Shown piece by piece: positions 31,964 through 42,838 of a DNA stretch of 64,000 nt. The notes under the pieces are model-generated. The model was not told the origin of the DNA. It searched no databases and worked only from the letters and a program-made list of their open reading frames with translations. How positions within the stretch are numbered: the first letter of the stretch is position 1; every line of letters begins with the position of its first letter. Made by a program: the position numbers and the translations under genes. The DNA comes from an uncultured Armatimonadia bacterium (GTDB lineage: Bacteria; Armatimonadota; Zipacnadia; CAVVLO01): the NCBI GenBank assembly GCA_963749155.1, contig CAVVLO010000002.1, positions 1,472,001 to 1,536,000 on the forward strand. Reading direction: 5' to 3'.

Positions 31964-32525
31964 CGATGACGAATTGCAGGCTGAAGAACCTCTTCAGCCA
32001 GAAGAGATGGAAGAACAGGACGGCGAGACCGAACAAGGGGCCGAGGCGATTGTCGCCGAGTTGAATACTGCTGTGCAAGAACTCGAAAGCAAGTATCTGC
32101 GCGCGCTGGCGGACCTCGAAAACTTGAAACGGCGTTCTCGCGACCGGCAGGAAGAGTCCGTGGCCCAGGCCAAAGCCGACCTGCTGCGCCGACTGCTGCC
32201 GGTGCTGGACAATTTTGAGCGCGCTTTGGAATTCAAAGAAGCAAGCAGCGACCAGGAAGCTTTCACGCGAGGGATGGAACTAATCCACCAGCAACTCTGT
32301 GAGGCAGTCTCATGCGCCGGCTGCCAGGCAATGGACACGATGGGGCAGGATTTTGATCCTGAACTCCATGAGGCAGTTGCGGCTGCGCCAGTGCATGAAG
32401 TGCCTGAGGGACGCATTATCTCTGAGGCTCGCAAAGGCTATCTGCTTGAAGGTAAAGTGCTGAGGCCCGCAGCCGTGGTGGTCGCGCGGCGTCCGGACAA
32501 GGCTGGGCAGGAAGACTCTGAATAA
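31956..32525 (+). CDS. grpE: nucleotide exchange factor GrpE
   Basis: LRALADLENLKRR, LLPVLDNFERAL, FDPELHEA, KGY...VLRPAAVVV. Confidence 0.95.
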   Translation: MNNDDELQAEEPLQPEEMEEQDGETEQGAEAIVAELNTAVQELESKYLRALADLENLKRRSRDRQEESVAQAKADLLRRLLPVLDNFERALEFKEASSDQEAFTRGMELIHQQLCEAVSCAGCQAMDTMGQDFDPELHEAVAAAPVHEVPEGRIISEARKGYLLEGKVLRPAAVVVARRPDKAGQEDSE

Positions 32526-32547
32526 CTAGTGAACTTTTTGTTACGAA

Positions 32548-32606
32548 GCAGGAAGCCGGTAAGGGGTAACGAAGCCTTTGACCGATACCCGTCACCTCAG
32601 TATACT
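32548..32606 (+). promoter_or_regulatory. tandem putative promoters of ftsZ (SigH-like and sigma70-like)
   Basis: GCAGGA-17-GAAG at 32548-32574 and TTGACC-17-TATACT at 32578-32606. Confidence 0.55.
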
Positions 32607-32685
32607 TAGCATCCTTGACTGAGTGGGCCCTAACAATCAGGCGGGGCGCGCTGCAAGGCCGGATCAGCAGGAAGGGGGAGCTGCA

Positions 32686-33775
32686 ATGCCGAGTAAAGAC
32701 ACTCGCATAAAAGTTGTTGGGGTTGGCGGGGGCGGCAATAACGCAGTCGCGCGGATGATGGAAGAAGGCGTCCGTGGCGTTGAGTTCATTGCTATCAATA
32801 CAGACGTCCAGGTCCTTGAAGAAAATCCCGCTGACAAGCGCATCCAGATCGGCGAAGAGCTGACCTCTGGACGCGGTTCAGGTGGCAATCCCGAGATAGG
32901 TCGCGCTGCCGCCGAAGAAAGCAAATCCGACATCAAGAACTCGCTCGAAGGCGCCGAGATGATCTTCGTGACCGCCGGTATGGGGGGCGGCACAGGTACT
33001 GGCAGCGCTCCGATGGTGGCCGAAGTTGCCAAAGCTCTGGGCGCGCTGACTGTGGCAGTCGTCACAAGGCCTTTCAGTTTTGAGGGCCCCAGGCGCAAGC
33101 AGCTCTCGGATGAAGGCATCGCAGGAGCTACGCAGTCGCGTTGACACGCTCATTGTGATCCCGAATGACCGGTTGCTGGAGACCGTCGAACGCCGCGCCA
33201 GCCTTATGGACGCCTTCAAGCTGGCTGACAAGATACTGTGGCAGGGCGTTCAGGGTATCTCCGATATCATCCAGACCACCGGCCTCATCAACGTGGACTT
33301 CTCCGACGTGAAGACTGTTCTCACCGATGCAGGTACCGCGCTGATGGGAATCGGCCTGGCCAGTGGCGATAGTCGGGCTACCCAGGCTGCGGAGATGGCC
33401 GCGCAGAGTCCCTTGCTCGAGTCGTCCCTTGCGGGCGCAACCAACCTGCTTATCAACATCGTTGGCCCTGCCGACCTGGCACTGTCCGAAGTGGACGATG
33501 CCGTGGAGATAATCAGGCAGGCCTGTGGCACCGAGCCCAATATTATGCTGGGCGCCGCTATCGATCCCAAGCTGGACGATTCCATCAGGCTGACGATTCT
33601 TGCGACAGGATATGGCGCAAGTGGCGCTCCGACGCCGGGCCTGGGCAGAGGCGCGCGCAGAGAAGAACCTCAGCGCGAGCCGGAGCGGAAGAAGAGCCTC
33701 GTCGAGCAGTTGCTGGCGGAGGACACCCAGGAGGAAGAGGACAACCTCGACCTGCCGCCTTTCCTCAGGCAATAA
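32686..33775 (+). CDS. ftsZ: cell division protein FtsZ; apparent frameshift near 33122
   Basis: [32 protein letters not shown] and C-terminal core LDLPPFLR. Confidence 0.95.
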
Positions 33776-33796
33776 CTGACTGACCCTGAAATCTTG

Positions 33797-33828
33797 AAGC
33801 CGCCGGCGCCTAAAGCCCGGCGGCTTTT
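33797..33828 (+). terminator. intrinsic terminator after ftsZ
   Basis: aagccgccgg...ccggcggctt hairpin followed by T residues. Confidence 0.65.
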
Positions 33829-34765
33829 AGTTGGTCGAGGAATCCGAGCAGCAGTTGAGTGTTCGCAAGCGCGAAGTCCGGTCCAACATAAGGCGCGCCG
33901 GCAAGGAAATGCTTGATGGAGGCGTCCAGAAAATCCGGCCCCCAGACCTCTTCCTGCTGCCGGGCGAGTATGGCCCGGAAGACGCCAGAGGTGTCACTGC
34001 GCCCCTGATATTCCCATACCAGCCCATCAAAGCCGAACTGGCGCCTGGGTTTACTTTCGACGGTCGCCAGCTCGAAGCTAACCGCGCAAGCCGGCTGGCA
34101 GGGACATACCCAGTCAAAATCCAGACGCAGTCTGGGAGGCTCGCCTTTCAGGCGCAGGCTGCCCTCGGCAACCTCTCCCCCAGGGGCCAGCGCCTGCAAC
34201 AGGGCAAGCTGATGGGGGCCAAGGTCAATCCACACTGCGGCGAAATCATCAGGGGCGCGAGAAGGCTTTACCGATTCGAAGAGGAACTCGAACCGCTGCA
34301 TCTCGGGCGCCTTGCCCATCCGGTCACGATAGAGGTCCAGCAGCCAGTCGGCGGCAGCTACATATTGCAGGCTGAGCCCAAAGACAGAATCAGCTTCGCG
34401 CGCGCGGCTCATACTTGTTTCGGCTTCGGCGACAAGTTGGGCTGAGGAAGTGCCTTCCCTGAAGTGCAGCGGTTTCTCGCACCAGACATCCAGCCCGCGC
34501 TCGAGCGCCAAATCTACATAGCCAAGATGATATTGGGGCGGACAGGTGATGGCCAGGTGTCGGGCTTCGCTTCCGCAAGCAAGGTATCCAGGTCGTGATA
34601 GGCTTTGCCGCAAAAAGGAAATAACCCTCCAAGCGCTTCTGCGGCGGCCTGGGCCGTGTCAGGGCAGGTGCCCAGGCAAGCGACGACCTCGGCTCCCGAG
34701 TGATGAAACCACTTGGCGTGATGCTTGCCGATGCCTCGCGCGCCCAGGAGGGCTACTCTGGCCAT
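33810..34765 (-). CDS. Gfo/Idh/MocA family oxidoreductase; frameshift near 34558
   Basis: VALLGARGIG.HH in one frame; P...H, VWCEKP and DLGPH in the next. Confidence 0.8.
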
Positions 34766-34779
34766 CGCTCTCCCTCCCT

Positions 34780-35859
34780 CTAGTCAGGCAGGATTACGAC
34801 CTTGAAGGCGCCTGTCTCGTGCTTGCGCAGCGCGCAGTCGAAGGCCTTGTCGACCTCTGACAGCGGGAACCGGTGGGTTATCATAGGCTCCACGACCACC
34901 TCGCCACACTGCATAAGCTGCAGCCCGGTGTAGAAGTCCTCATACTGGAAGTTGGCGCATGAAGTGATGGTCTTCTCGGCGAAGAAGTTATCTGGCCGCA
35001 GTTCCAGCGGGCCGAACAATCCCGCTACCAGCCCGACTGTGCCGCCTCGTCTGGTCATCTCGACCGCCTGACGCGGGCCCTCAACAGTCGCGGTGGTCTC
35101 GAAGACCACATCAGCGCCCTTCCCCTCGGTCCTCGCCATCGTGTGAGCGACCACATCGTCTTCGCGGGCATCGAGCCGGTAGTCAATGCCGACCTCTTCG
35201 GCAATCTCAAGCGCCTTGTCATACACGTCGGCGCAGGCGACGGCGCGCGCGCCACTGGCGATGGCTACCTGGGCAATCAACAGCCCAATCGGGCCAGCGC
35301 CCAGCACTACAACATAGTCTCCCTGCCTGACCTTCGAGTGTTTGACCGCGTGCACGGCGACGCCCAGGCCATCGAGAAAGACGCCTTGCTCCGCGGTGAT
35401 CTCCTCCGGCAGTTCGTAAGCGAACTCCTGCCAGATGCGACAGAAATCGGCCATCCCGCCAGGATTGTATTCGCCACCCTCATCCCAGCCTGCGCTGTGA
35501 CCGGTGTGCCGGGTAAAAGCGCACAGATGCTCTTTGCCTGTGCGGCAGTCGTAGCAACGCCCGCAGCCTTTGAAGGGCAGCATTGCAATCAGTTTGCCTT
35601 CCAGTGCGGGATCGGCTTCAGGCGAAAGCTCTACTACTTTGCCCGTTACCTCATGTCCCAGCACCATATTGGCAGGATTGGGCTTGTCGTAGCCCATCGT
35701 ATGGTGGGACCAGGGGTTCTCTCCGACATAATAACGCAGGTCAGAGCCACATACCCCGCACGCGGAGACCTCTACAAGCACCTCTCCAGCCCAGGGTTCG
35801 GGTTTTTCGATGGTCTTTACTTCCAGCTTGCGAGGGCCTGTCAGCACGGCAGCTTTCAT
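34780..35859 (-). CDS. zinc-dependent medium-chain (sugar alcohol-type) dehydrogenase
   Basis: CGVCGSD, GHE, CGRCYDC...C, GAGPIG, ITHRFPL. Confidence 0.92.
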   Translation of the reverse strand: MKAAVLTGPRKLEVKTIEKPEPWAGEVLVEVSACGVCGSDLRYYVGENPWSHHTMGYDKPNPANMVLGHEVTGKVVELSPEADPALEGKLIAMLPFKGCGRCYDCRTGKEHLCAFTRHTGHSAGWDEGGEYNPGGMADFCRIWQEFAYELPEEITAEQGVFLDGLGVAVHAVKHSKVRQGDYVVVLGAGPIGLLIAQVAIASGARAVACADVYDKALEIAEEVGIDYRLDAREDDVVAHTMARTEGKGADVVFETTATVEGPRQAVEMTRRGGTVGLVAGLFGPLELRPDNFFAEKTITSCANFQYEDFYTGLQLMQCGEVVVEPMITHRFPLSEVDKAFDCALRKHETGAFKVVILPD

Positions 35860-37322
35860 CAACGGATCACCTTGGGGTCAAATTCGGCGCGCGAGAGACG
35901 AATGACCGCGGCTTCGAGTCGTCGCCGTCCTCCGCTAACGCCTGCGCTTTCGGTCTTGAGCGAAATATCTACGGTGTGAAGAAAAAGCAGCGCCAGCGCG
36001 GTCTGCTCGAGGCTGAAGCGCTGGGCCTGGTTCAGAGTTTTGTAAACGACGAAATCGTGCTGTTTGAGCAGGTTGAGTTTGACATCGGAAGGCAAGGCTT
36101 CGGCATAACGCTTGAGCTCGGGTAGCAAACCAGAACGAAAACGCGGATATGGCGTGCCCTGGGGCAGCTTTTTGCCAGCCTCTTTAAGCAGAAGTCGCGC
36201 CTGAAGCAGCAGCCGGAACTGGCGCACGATGAGCGAGAAGATCATCATCGGCTCCAACTCGGCATCGAACATCCGCTCGAGCAGCCCCAGCGCCTTGTGA
36301 GTGTCGCGTTCGCCCAGGGCGTCGGTTAGCTCGAAGACGGTAACCTCGGCCGACTCGGGCACGACCTGGCGCACATCGTCGGCAGTGATGGCTTTACGAT
36401 CGCCCACATAAAGCGAAAGCAGGCTGACCGCCTGTTGAAGCTGGGCGGCGTTGCTGCCACAGCGTAGCTGCAGTTCGGCCTGGGCCTCATCGGCCAGCAA
36501 CTTGCCCTGACGACGCAGCATCGAGCCGATAAACTCCCACAGGTCTTCCTTGTCGGTAAGCTGGGTGAAGCCGAGGATGACCCCACCGCCTTCTTTGGCG
36601 GCTTTGGTCAGCGAGTTGTTCGCGGCAAGTTGGCCCTCGACCACGACAAGCAAGGTCTTGCCCTCGACAGGGGATTTACAGAAAACTTCCAGGGGATTCT
36701 CATGCGAATCATCGCCCGGTGAGAAGCTCTGAAGTAGCTCCGGCGTCACCGCAAGGGCAGCGAAATCTCCAAGTTCGCGGTCAGAGACTTCGACCTCCTC
36801 ACTCTGGGCGGCGTCCAGGGCTTCAGAGGGCAGTTCAGGTTGGCGACCAGTCTCGTGGAACTCCTTCACGGCGGCTGCAAAGGCTTTGGCAAAAGCAGGT
36901 GAGGTAGAGCGGGCCCGGGCAATCTCGGAGCGCAGACTCCGGTTATCGGGCGCCTCGAGAGCGTTCTTCACGGCTCTGACAAAGGCTTCAGCATCGGTGC
37001 GACGGGCCGAGGTCGGCGGATTTTTTACGATAATCAGGTCGCTCTGGGTGTCGAAAAAACCAAGCGTAGCGCTTTGCAGCGCCTCCCTCAGGCGATCTTC
37101 GTTATAGGAATCCGGATCTTCGCCATCGAAGTTGGTAATAGCCGTGGCCCGCTGTTCTTCGGGCACCAGCAGGCGGGTGAGTTGCTCCCTGGCGGCGCGC
37201 AGAAACTGGGGCTCATCGCCCCAAAGCAGGTAGACAGGAGCGCGCTCGCCGGCCTTGGCGGCCACGAGTACTTTTTTAAGAGCTTCGCGCTGTGCAATGT
37301 ATTGAGATCCCGAGCCAGGCAA
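35859..37322 (-). CDS. holA: DNA polymerase III subunit delta with an internal insertion
   Basis: PVYLLWGDE, L.LY......I...DV..VV, VFELTDAL..R....AL..L, D..LKT. Confidence 0.8.
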   Translation of the reverse strand: MPGSGSQYIAQREALKKVLVAAKAGERAPVYLLWGDEPQFLRAAREQLTRLLVPEEQRATAITNFDGEDPDSYNEDRLREALQSATLGFFDTQSDLIIVKNPPTSARRTDAEAFVRAVKNALEAPDNRSLRSEIARARSTSPAFAKAFAAAVKEFHETGRQPELPSEALDAAQSEEVEVSDRELGDFAALAVTPELLQSFSPGDDSHENPLEVFCKSPVEGKTLLVVVEGQLAANNSLTKAAKEGGGVILGFTQLTDKEDLWEFIGSMLRRQGKLLADEAQAELQLRCGSNAAQLQQAVSLLSLYVGDRKAITADDVRQVVPESAEVTVFELTDALGERDTHKALGLLERMFDAELEPMMIFSLIVRQFRLLLQARLLLKEAGKKLPQGTPYPRFRSGLLPELKRYAEALPSDVKLNLLKQHDFVVYKTLNQAQRFSLEQTALALLFLHTVDISLKTESAGVSGGRRRLEAAVIRLSRAEFDPKVIR

Positions 37323-37459
37323 GCCAGGCCTCCAGAGGCGCGATTGTGTCCCCTAATGCTATAGCTGGAAGTGAGACGCGTCAACTGGCCGGGAGAGCCT
37401 ATTCCCACTTGGTGATATGTTATACTTGCCCCAGGGTCGGACTGCCTGACCTGCCAAAG

Positions 37460-38770
37460 ATGAGCGATACATACTTACGCGTAGCTTTAATTGCTGCTTT
37501 GATTGTCTGCTCGGCGACTTTTACCGCCGCCGAGATGGGCCTGGTTGCCGTTGGCAGGCTGAAACTGCGCAAGCTGGCTGCTGATGGTTCAGGTCGAGCT
37601 GACTCCGCCCTGCGCTTGCTGGACAATCCCACCCTGGTCTTCTCGACGGTGCTAATCACCATCACGACGGCCAATTTCGTGGCGGAATCTCTGGCGGCCA
37701 ATCTCTTCCACGATGCCTTTGGTGAACACGGCTATCTGCTTTCCTTCATCACGATGACCGTTGTGGTGCTTGTTTTCGCCGAGCTTACTCCTGTGCTATA
37801 CGCGGTCAGTCATCCCTCGCGTGTGGCACTTGGCGCCTCAGGCCTGGTGAGAGGGACAACCTGGCTGCTTTATCCCCTCTCCTGGACGCTGACAGGACTT
37901 GCGCGTGTCGTGCTTTGGCTGATGGGGATTCGCGATTTCACGGGCTTCCCTGCCGGGGTCAGCCGAGGCGCTCTGGAAGCCTCGGTCGAATCAGGCGCCA
38001 TCCGGGAAGAAGAAAAAGAACTGCTCTCCAATGTCTTCGAGTTCAAGGACACCCTGGCGCGCGAGATAATGCGTCCCCGCGTAGACATCATCGCCCTGCC
38101 CGCTTATGAGCTGGTCGTCGACGCCCTCGAAAAAGTGTTGAAATCGGGTCACTCGCGCCTGCCGGTATACGAAGGGGACATAGACAATATCGTTGGCATC
38201 CTCTTCGGGAAGGATCTTATCCCCTACACGCGCACTCACGAGGAGGAACTGGGGCGCAAGCAGATTACCGAGCTGATGAGGCCGGCTTTCTTCGTGCCCG
38301 AGACAGAGCATATTGGCCAGTTGCTGCGCGATATGCGAACGCGCAGGCAACTCCTGGCAATTGTTGTGGACGAATTCGGCGGCACAGCGGGCGTCGTCAC
38401 CATCGAGGATGTACTCGAAGAGATAGTCGGCGATATCCAGGATGAGTTCGACGAGCAGGAAGTCGCCCAGCTTAAAGAGATAGCCCCTGGCGTCTGGACG
38501 GCTGATGGCTTGCTTCCACTTCACGAGCTGCGTCGCCAGACGGACATCACGCTACCTGAAACTTCGGTTGAGACAGTTGGTGGTTTTGTTGCTGACCAGC
38601 TTCAACGGGTGCCCGAGCAGGGAGATGTGGTCGAATATCGCAGTTACAGGTTCGAAGTACTGCTGATGGACGGCCGACGAGTCGCGCGCGTGCAACTTGT
38701 GTTGCTGCCAGAGGAAGACGACAAGACCGGGCCGGAGTCGGACGACCTGGACGAGTTGGGCTTCGACTAG
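37460..38770 (+). CDS. hemolysin-family CNNM/CBS/CorC transporter-associated protein
   Basis: AAEMGL, FAELTP, AREIMRPRVDI, HSRLPVY, VDEFGGTAGVVTIEDVLEEIVGDIQDEFD. Confidence 0.93.
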   Translation: MSDTYLRVALIAALIVCSATFTAAEMGLVAVGRLKLRKLAADGSGRADSALRLLDNPTLVFSTVLITITTANFVAESLAANLFHDAFGEHGYLLSFITMTVVVLVFAELTPVLYAVSHPSRVALGASGLVRGTTWLLYPLSWTLTGLARVVLWLMGIRDFTGFPAGVSRGALEASVESGAIREEEKELLSNVFEFKDTLAREIMRPRVDIIALPAYELVVDALEKVLKSGHSRLPVYEGDIDNIVGILFGKDLIPYTRTHEEELGRKQITELMRPAFFVPETEHIGQLLRDMRTRRQLLAIVVDEFGGTAGVVTIEDVLEEIVGDIQDEFDEQEVAQLKEIAPGVWTADGLLPLHELRRQTDITLPETSVETVGGFVADQLQRVPEQGDVVEYRSYRFEVLLMDGRRVARVQLVLLPEEDDKTGPESDDLDELGFD

Positions 38771-38773
38771 CGC

Positions 38774-39922
38774 CTAACGAGCGACCAGCTCGATTGCCCC
38801 CATCGGGCAGAGTTCGACGCACAGGCCGCAACCAGCGCACCGCTCGGGATTTATAAAAGAGGCTTTCTCCCCAAGCACTGGCGCAAAGTAGATGCACACC
38901 CGCTCGCACTTGCCGCACCGGATGCACTTTGCCGAATCCACCTGGGCTCTGTAATGCCACTCGCGGTCAACCTGGTCGCCGGTTACAAGCCGGGGTATGA
39001 CCTTGCCGCGGAAGTCAGCCAGACAAGAGTAGTGCTTCTGCTGCATAAATTCGGTCAGCTCTCGCTTTATGCGGCCAATGACCTGATAACCCTCCACCAC
39101 AATTGCGGTGCAGAGCTGGACGGTGGTCGCGCCAGCAAGGATAAGCTTCGCCACGTCCTTGCCGTCCACTACGCCCCCGCTTGCGCTGATTGGGATAGCA
39201 AGCTGGGGAGCCGCTTCGGTCAGCCAGCGCAGCACGAACTGCAGCGCCCACGGCCCGCCGTGACCCGCATAGCCCCCGTGCATTATCGGGCGTTCGGTTT
39301 CGAGGTCGATCTCCAGGCCCGTAAACCTGTTGAACAACACCACACCTGCTGCGCCTGCCTGCTGGACCTTGAGGGCGCTCGCGGGGGGGTAGGCGTCCTG
39401 GCCTGAAAGTTTGGCCGTAACGGGAATCGAGACCGCACTCTTCACCAGCGAGGTGATCCGGGCAACTTCCGAGCCGATGTCAGCGCCAGCCATCGCGAAG
39501 AAGCCATGCGGGCAGGAGGCGTTGAGTTCGATAGCATCCGCGCCGGCCTGCTCTACCTGCTTCGCGTAGCTGATCCAGCCCTCATCCGTATAGCAGTTGA
39601 TGCTGGCAAAAATCGGCAGTCCAGTCGCTTGCTTGATGGCCGCAAGCTCGGCGCAATATTCCTCGGGACCAAATTCGGAGGCCTGCTCGTAACTATAGAG
39701 GGTGGTCGAAACGAAAGCGCCCGCGCCGCGCCGGATGACTTTGAAATGGGGGGTAGGGGCCTTGCGGGAGAACTCCTGCTCAAAGAGACTCTTCAGCACC
39801 AGCGCGCCGATGCCTTGTTCTGCGCACTTAAGACAGCGCTCCCGCGTGCCAGTCGTGCCAGCGGGAGCGGCGATAAGCGGATTAGCGAGTCTCAGCCCGC
39901 CATACTCACAGGAAAGGTCCAT
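38774..39922 (-). CDS. dihydroorotate/dihydropyrimidine dehydrogenase-like flavoprotein with a 2x[4Fe-4S] domain (PreA-like)
   Basis: NPLIAA, ELNASCPH, NRF, SGGV, C-terminal CIRCGKC..C and CAGCGLCVELCP. Confidence 0.85.
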   Translation of the reverse strand: MDLSCEYGGLRLANPLIAAPAGTTGTRERCLKCAEQGIGALVLKSLFEQEFSRKAPTPHFKVIRRGAGAFVSTTLYSYEQASEFGPEEYCAELAAIKQATGLPIFASINCYTDEGWISYAKQVEQAGADAIELNASCPHGFFAMAGADIGSEVARITSLVKSAVSIPVTAKLSGQDAYPPASALKVQQAGAAGVVLFNRFTGLEIDLETERPIMHGGYAGHGGPWALQFVLRWLTEAAPQLAIPISASGGVVDGKDVAKLILAGATTVQLCTAIVVEGYQVIGRIKRELTEFMQQKHYSCLADFRGKVIPRLVTGDQVDREWHYRAQVDSAKCIRCGKCERVCIYFAPVLGEKASFINPERCAGCGLCVELCPMGAIELVAR

Positions 39923-39943
39923 CCGGGGCCTCCCTCGGCTGGT

Positions 39944-40700
39944 TTACTCCGACTGCAACTCCTGCATCAACTCGTCGGGGATGTCAAAGTTGGCGTAGAC
40001 ATTGCTGACATCCTCCAAATCTTCAAGTAATTCCATAAGATTCAGAGTCTTGCGAGCGCGCTCCAGGTCGAGGGGCACGACATTCTTGGGGATCATGGTG
40101 AGCGAGGCGTCCTGAATCTTGTAGCCGGCTTCCTCAAGGGCTGTTCTCACCAGGTAGAGTTGCTGCGGGTCAGTCTGGATCTCGATGGTGTCGCCGTCTT
40201 CCGTGACGTCTTCGGCGCCGCATTCGATTGCCGCGAGCATTACTTCCTCAGTGTCGGCTGAACCCGGCTCGAGCAGGATGATGCCCTTTTGCTCGAACAT
40301 CCAGGCAACGCAGCCGGCCTCGCCGAGGTTGCCCCCGTGTTTGGTGAGAGTGCTGCGCACCTCGCCTGCGGTGCGGTTGCGGTTGTCGGTCATCGTCTCG
40401 ATAATCAGCGCAACGCCGCCAGGGCCATACCCCTCGTAAACGACCTCTACAAGCTGGTTGCCGCCGTCGAGTTCGCCACTGCCCTTCTTTACTGCGCGAT
40501 CGATGTTGGCGACGGGCATACTGACTTCTTTGGCTTTCTCGATGGCGGTTTTGAGGCGCACGTTCATCGAAGAATCGCTGCCGCCCTGGCTGGCCGCGAC
40601 CATTATCTCTCGCGACAGCTTCGCGAATAACTTGCCTCGCTTGGCGTCCTGAGCGCCTTTGCGGATTTTTATGTTATGCCATTTTGAATGACCTGGACAT
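39944..40700 (-). CDS. yebC: YebC/PmpR family protein; one extra base just after the ATG
   Basis: GHSKWHNIK, YEGYGPGG, TDNRNRT, DVSNVYANF; ATG at 40700 is one base out of frame. Confidence 0.93.
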
Positions 40701-40822
40701 ACGAGCCTCCCGAGCTGTGGATTCGCCCTGATTATAACATAAGCGGGCTGCTTGCCACCGAGGGCAGGTATTGAGCGCCTGGCCGTGGAAGTTCTACCTA
40801 ACGACTGGACGAGGTGAGCTAA

Positions 40823-42804
40823 ATGCGTGGTTCGAACCTGCTGCTTGTGGTGATGTTGATGATGGTAACGATTACAGGGCTTGGCTGTGCGGCCCAGGTT
40901 ACTCTGACTGGCACTGTAACCTCTGCCGCGACGGGAGAACCGCTGCACAAGGTCGAAGTCTGCGCGCTGCAGCTCGAAGGCGCAAGCGGCTTGCTGCTTC
41001 AGCCTTCCGCTACGGCTCGCACGGACAGCCAGGGGCATTTCACACTCAAGCTTGACGTTGCAGAACCTGCCCCAGGCAGTGTGGCGGTCTGGACGCGCAG
41101 CCTGCTCTACGCTAATGAGCTGTCCACTGGTACCAGGCTGGCCGCGAATATCGGCCCCACCCTTAACGAGGCCAGGCAAGCCGCGATCGACCTCGCCAAT
41201 CCTCCGAGCGAACTGACCTTTGCATTGGAGACTCGCTTCGGAGAAGAACATATCGTGATGCTGCCGATGGCTGACGGCACGAAGCTGGCCACCGATTACA
41301 TAACTCCGAAGGGAGAAGGCCCCTTCCCCAGCATCTTGCAGCGCACTCCGTACGGGCGCAGCCTCGAGGATGGTCTCTCGACCGGCCTGCTGGAGCAGGG
41401 CTATGCCATCATCTGCCAGGATCATCGCGGCCGGTTCGACAGCGAGGGCATCGGCCTGGCTTTCAAGGCCTGCGGTTGGGGCGAACACCAGGATGGCTAC
41501 GATACGGTGGAATGGATTGCCGCACAGCCCTGGTCCAATGGCAAAGTCGGCACTTTCGGCGCCTCGGCGGGTGGGATTACGCAAAACCTGATGGCAGGCG
41601 CGGCGCCGCCCCATCTCACCTGTCAGGTAGTCCTCGTCGCTTCGGCCAATTTCTATGAGGATACGGCTTATCCGGGCGGCGCTTTCCGCAAGCAGATGGT
41701 CGAAGGCTGGCTCGCGGGCAACAATTTCCCCCCGAGACGCTGCAGGAGATGCTGGATCATCCTAACGAAGACGAGTATTGGGACGCCTACAACGTCGAGA
41801 AGCGCGCCCCCGAGATCACCGTGCCAAGCCTGCAACTTGGAGGCTGGTTCGATTGCTTCGAAAGCGGGCCAATCCGCAGCTTCCTCAGCCGACAGACGAA
41901 GGGTGGAGAAGGCGCCAGGGGCAACCAGCTCCTCATAATGGGTCCCTGGACTCACGGGGGGATGTTCGCCGCCAAGCAGGGCGAGTTGGAGTTCCCAGCT
42001 GCCGCCGTGGCCAGAGTCGACCTGATGCAACGCCTCAAGGACTTCTTCGCCTTCTGGCTGAAGGGCGAGCAGAACGACGTTATGGAAGCCTCCGTAACCT
42101 ATTACCAGATGGGCGCTTGTGGCGAGCCGGGCGCGCCCGGCCACGTGTGGCAGACCTCGCCCACCTGGCCTCCTCCCGCGCGCAGTCAGCGGTTCTTCCT
42201 CACGCCCGCGGGCGGATTAAGCAAAGAAGCGCCGACGGCGGAGGAGGCGCAGCTTTCGTATGTCTGTGACCCTGGCAACCCGGTGCCCAACCACGGGGGC
42301 CACAACCTGATACTGCCGGCAGGCTCTTTCGACCAGCGCGAGATCGAAGCGAGGGACGATGTCCTCTCCTTCACCACCGAGCCGCTGACCGAGCCGCTCA
42401 ACCTGACCGGGCAAGCGATCGCGAGGCTGTACGTGGCCTCGACCGCGGTGGATACTGACTTCGTGGTCAAGCTGTGCGATGTCTATCCCGACGGGCGTTC
42501 TATGCTCATCAGCGAGGGCGTGCTGCGGGCGCGCTACCGGGGCAGTTTCCAGTCGCCAGAGCTGCTGACTCCAGGGCAGGTCTATGAGCTGGAAGTGCCA
42601 CTCTGGGACACGAGCCTCGTCTTCAACACGGGGCACCGGATCAGGCTGGACGTGCAGAGCAGCGACTATCCGCGCTACGACGCCAACACTCAGACGGGCC
42701 TCCCCTATGGTCAGCCTGCGGAGCCGGTCGTCGCGACCAATACGGTCTTCTTCAACGCCGAACAGGCCTCGTGTCTGGACCTACCGGTGATGCTGGAGGA
42801 GTAA
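40823..42804 (+). CDS. secreted CocE/NonD family hydrolase with N-terminal beta-sandwich; frameshift near 41735
   Basis: MADGTKLATD, RTPY, QDHRGRFDSEG, QPWSNGKVGTFGASAGG, GGWFD, GPWTH, GHRIRLDVQSSDYPR. Confidence 0.88.
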
Positions 42805-42838
42805 GGACGCCTCAACGCCTCACATACAGGTGAGTGCA

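Noticed and set aside
32606..32635. CIRCE-like TTAGCA...GAGTG near grpE/ftsZ, and ttagcgcccc upstream of grpE
   Set aside because: Spacing and second half-site do not fit TTAGCACTC-N9-GAGTGCTAA
40701..41614. Apparent long N-terminal extension on YebC (556-aa ORF)
   Set aside because: Antisense to the CocE gene; the true ATG is at 40700, displaced by a one-base indel
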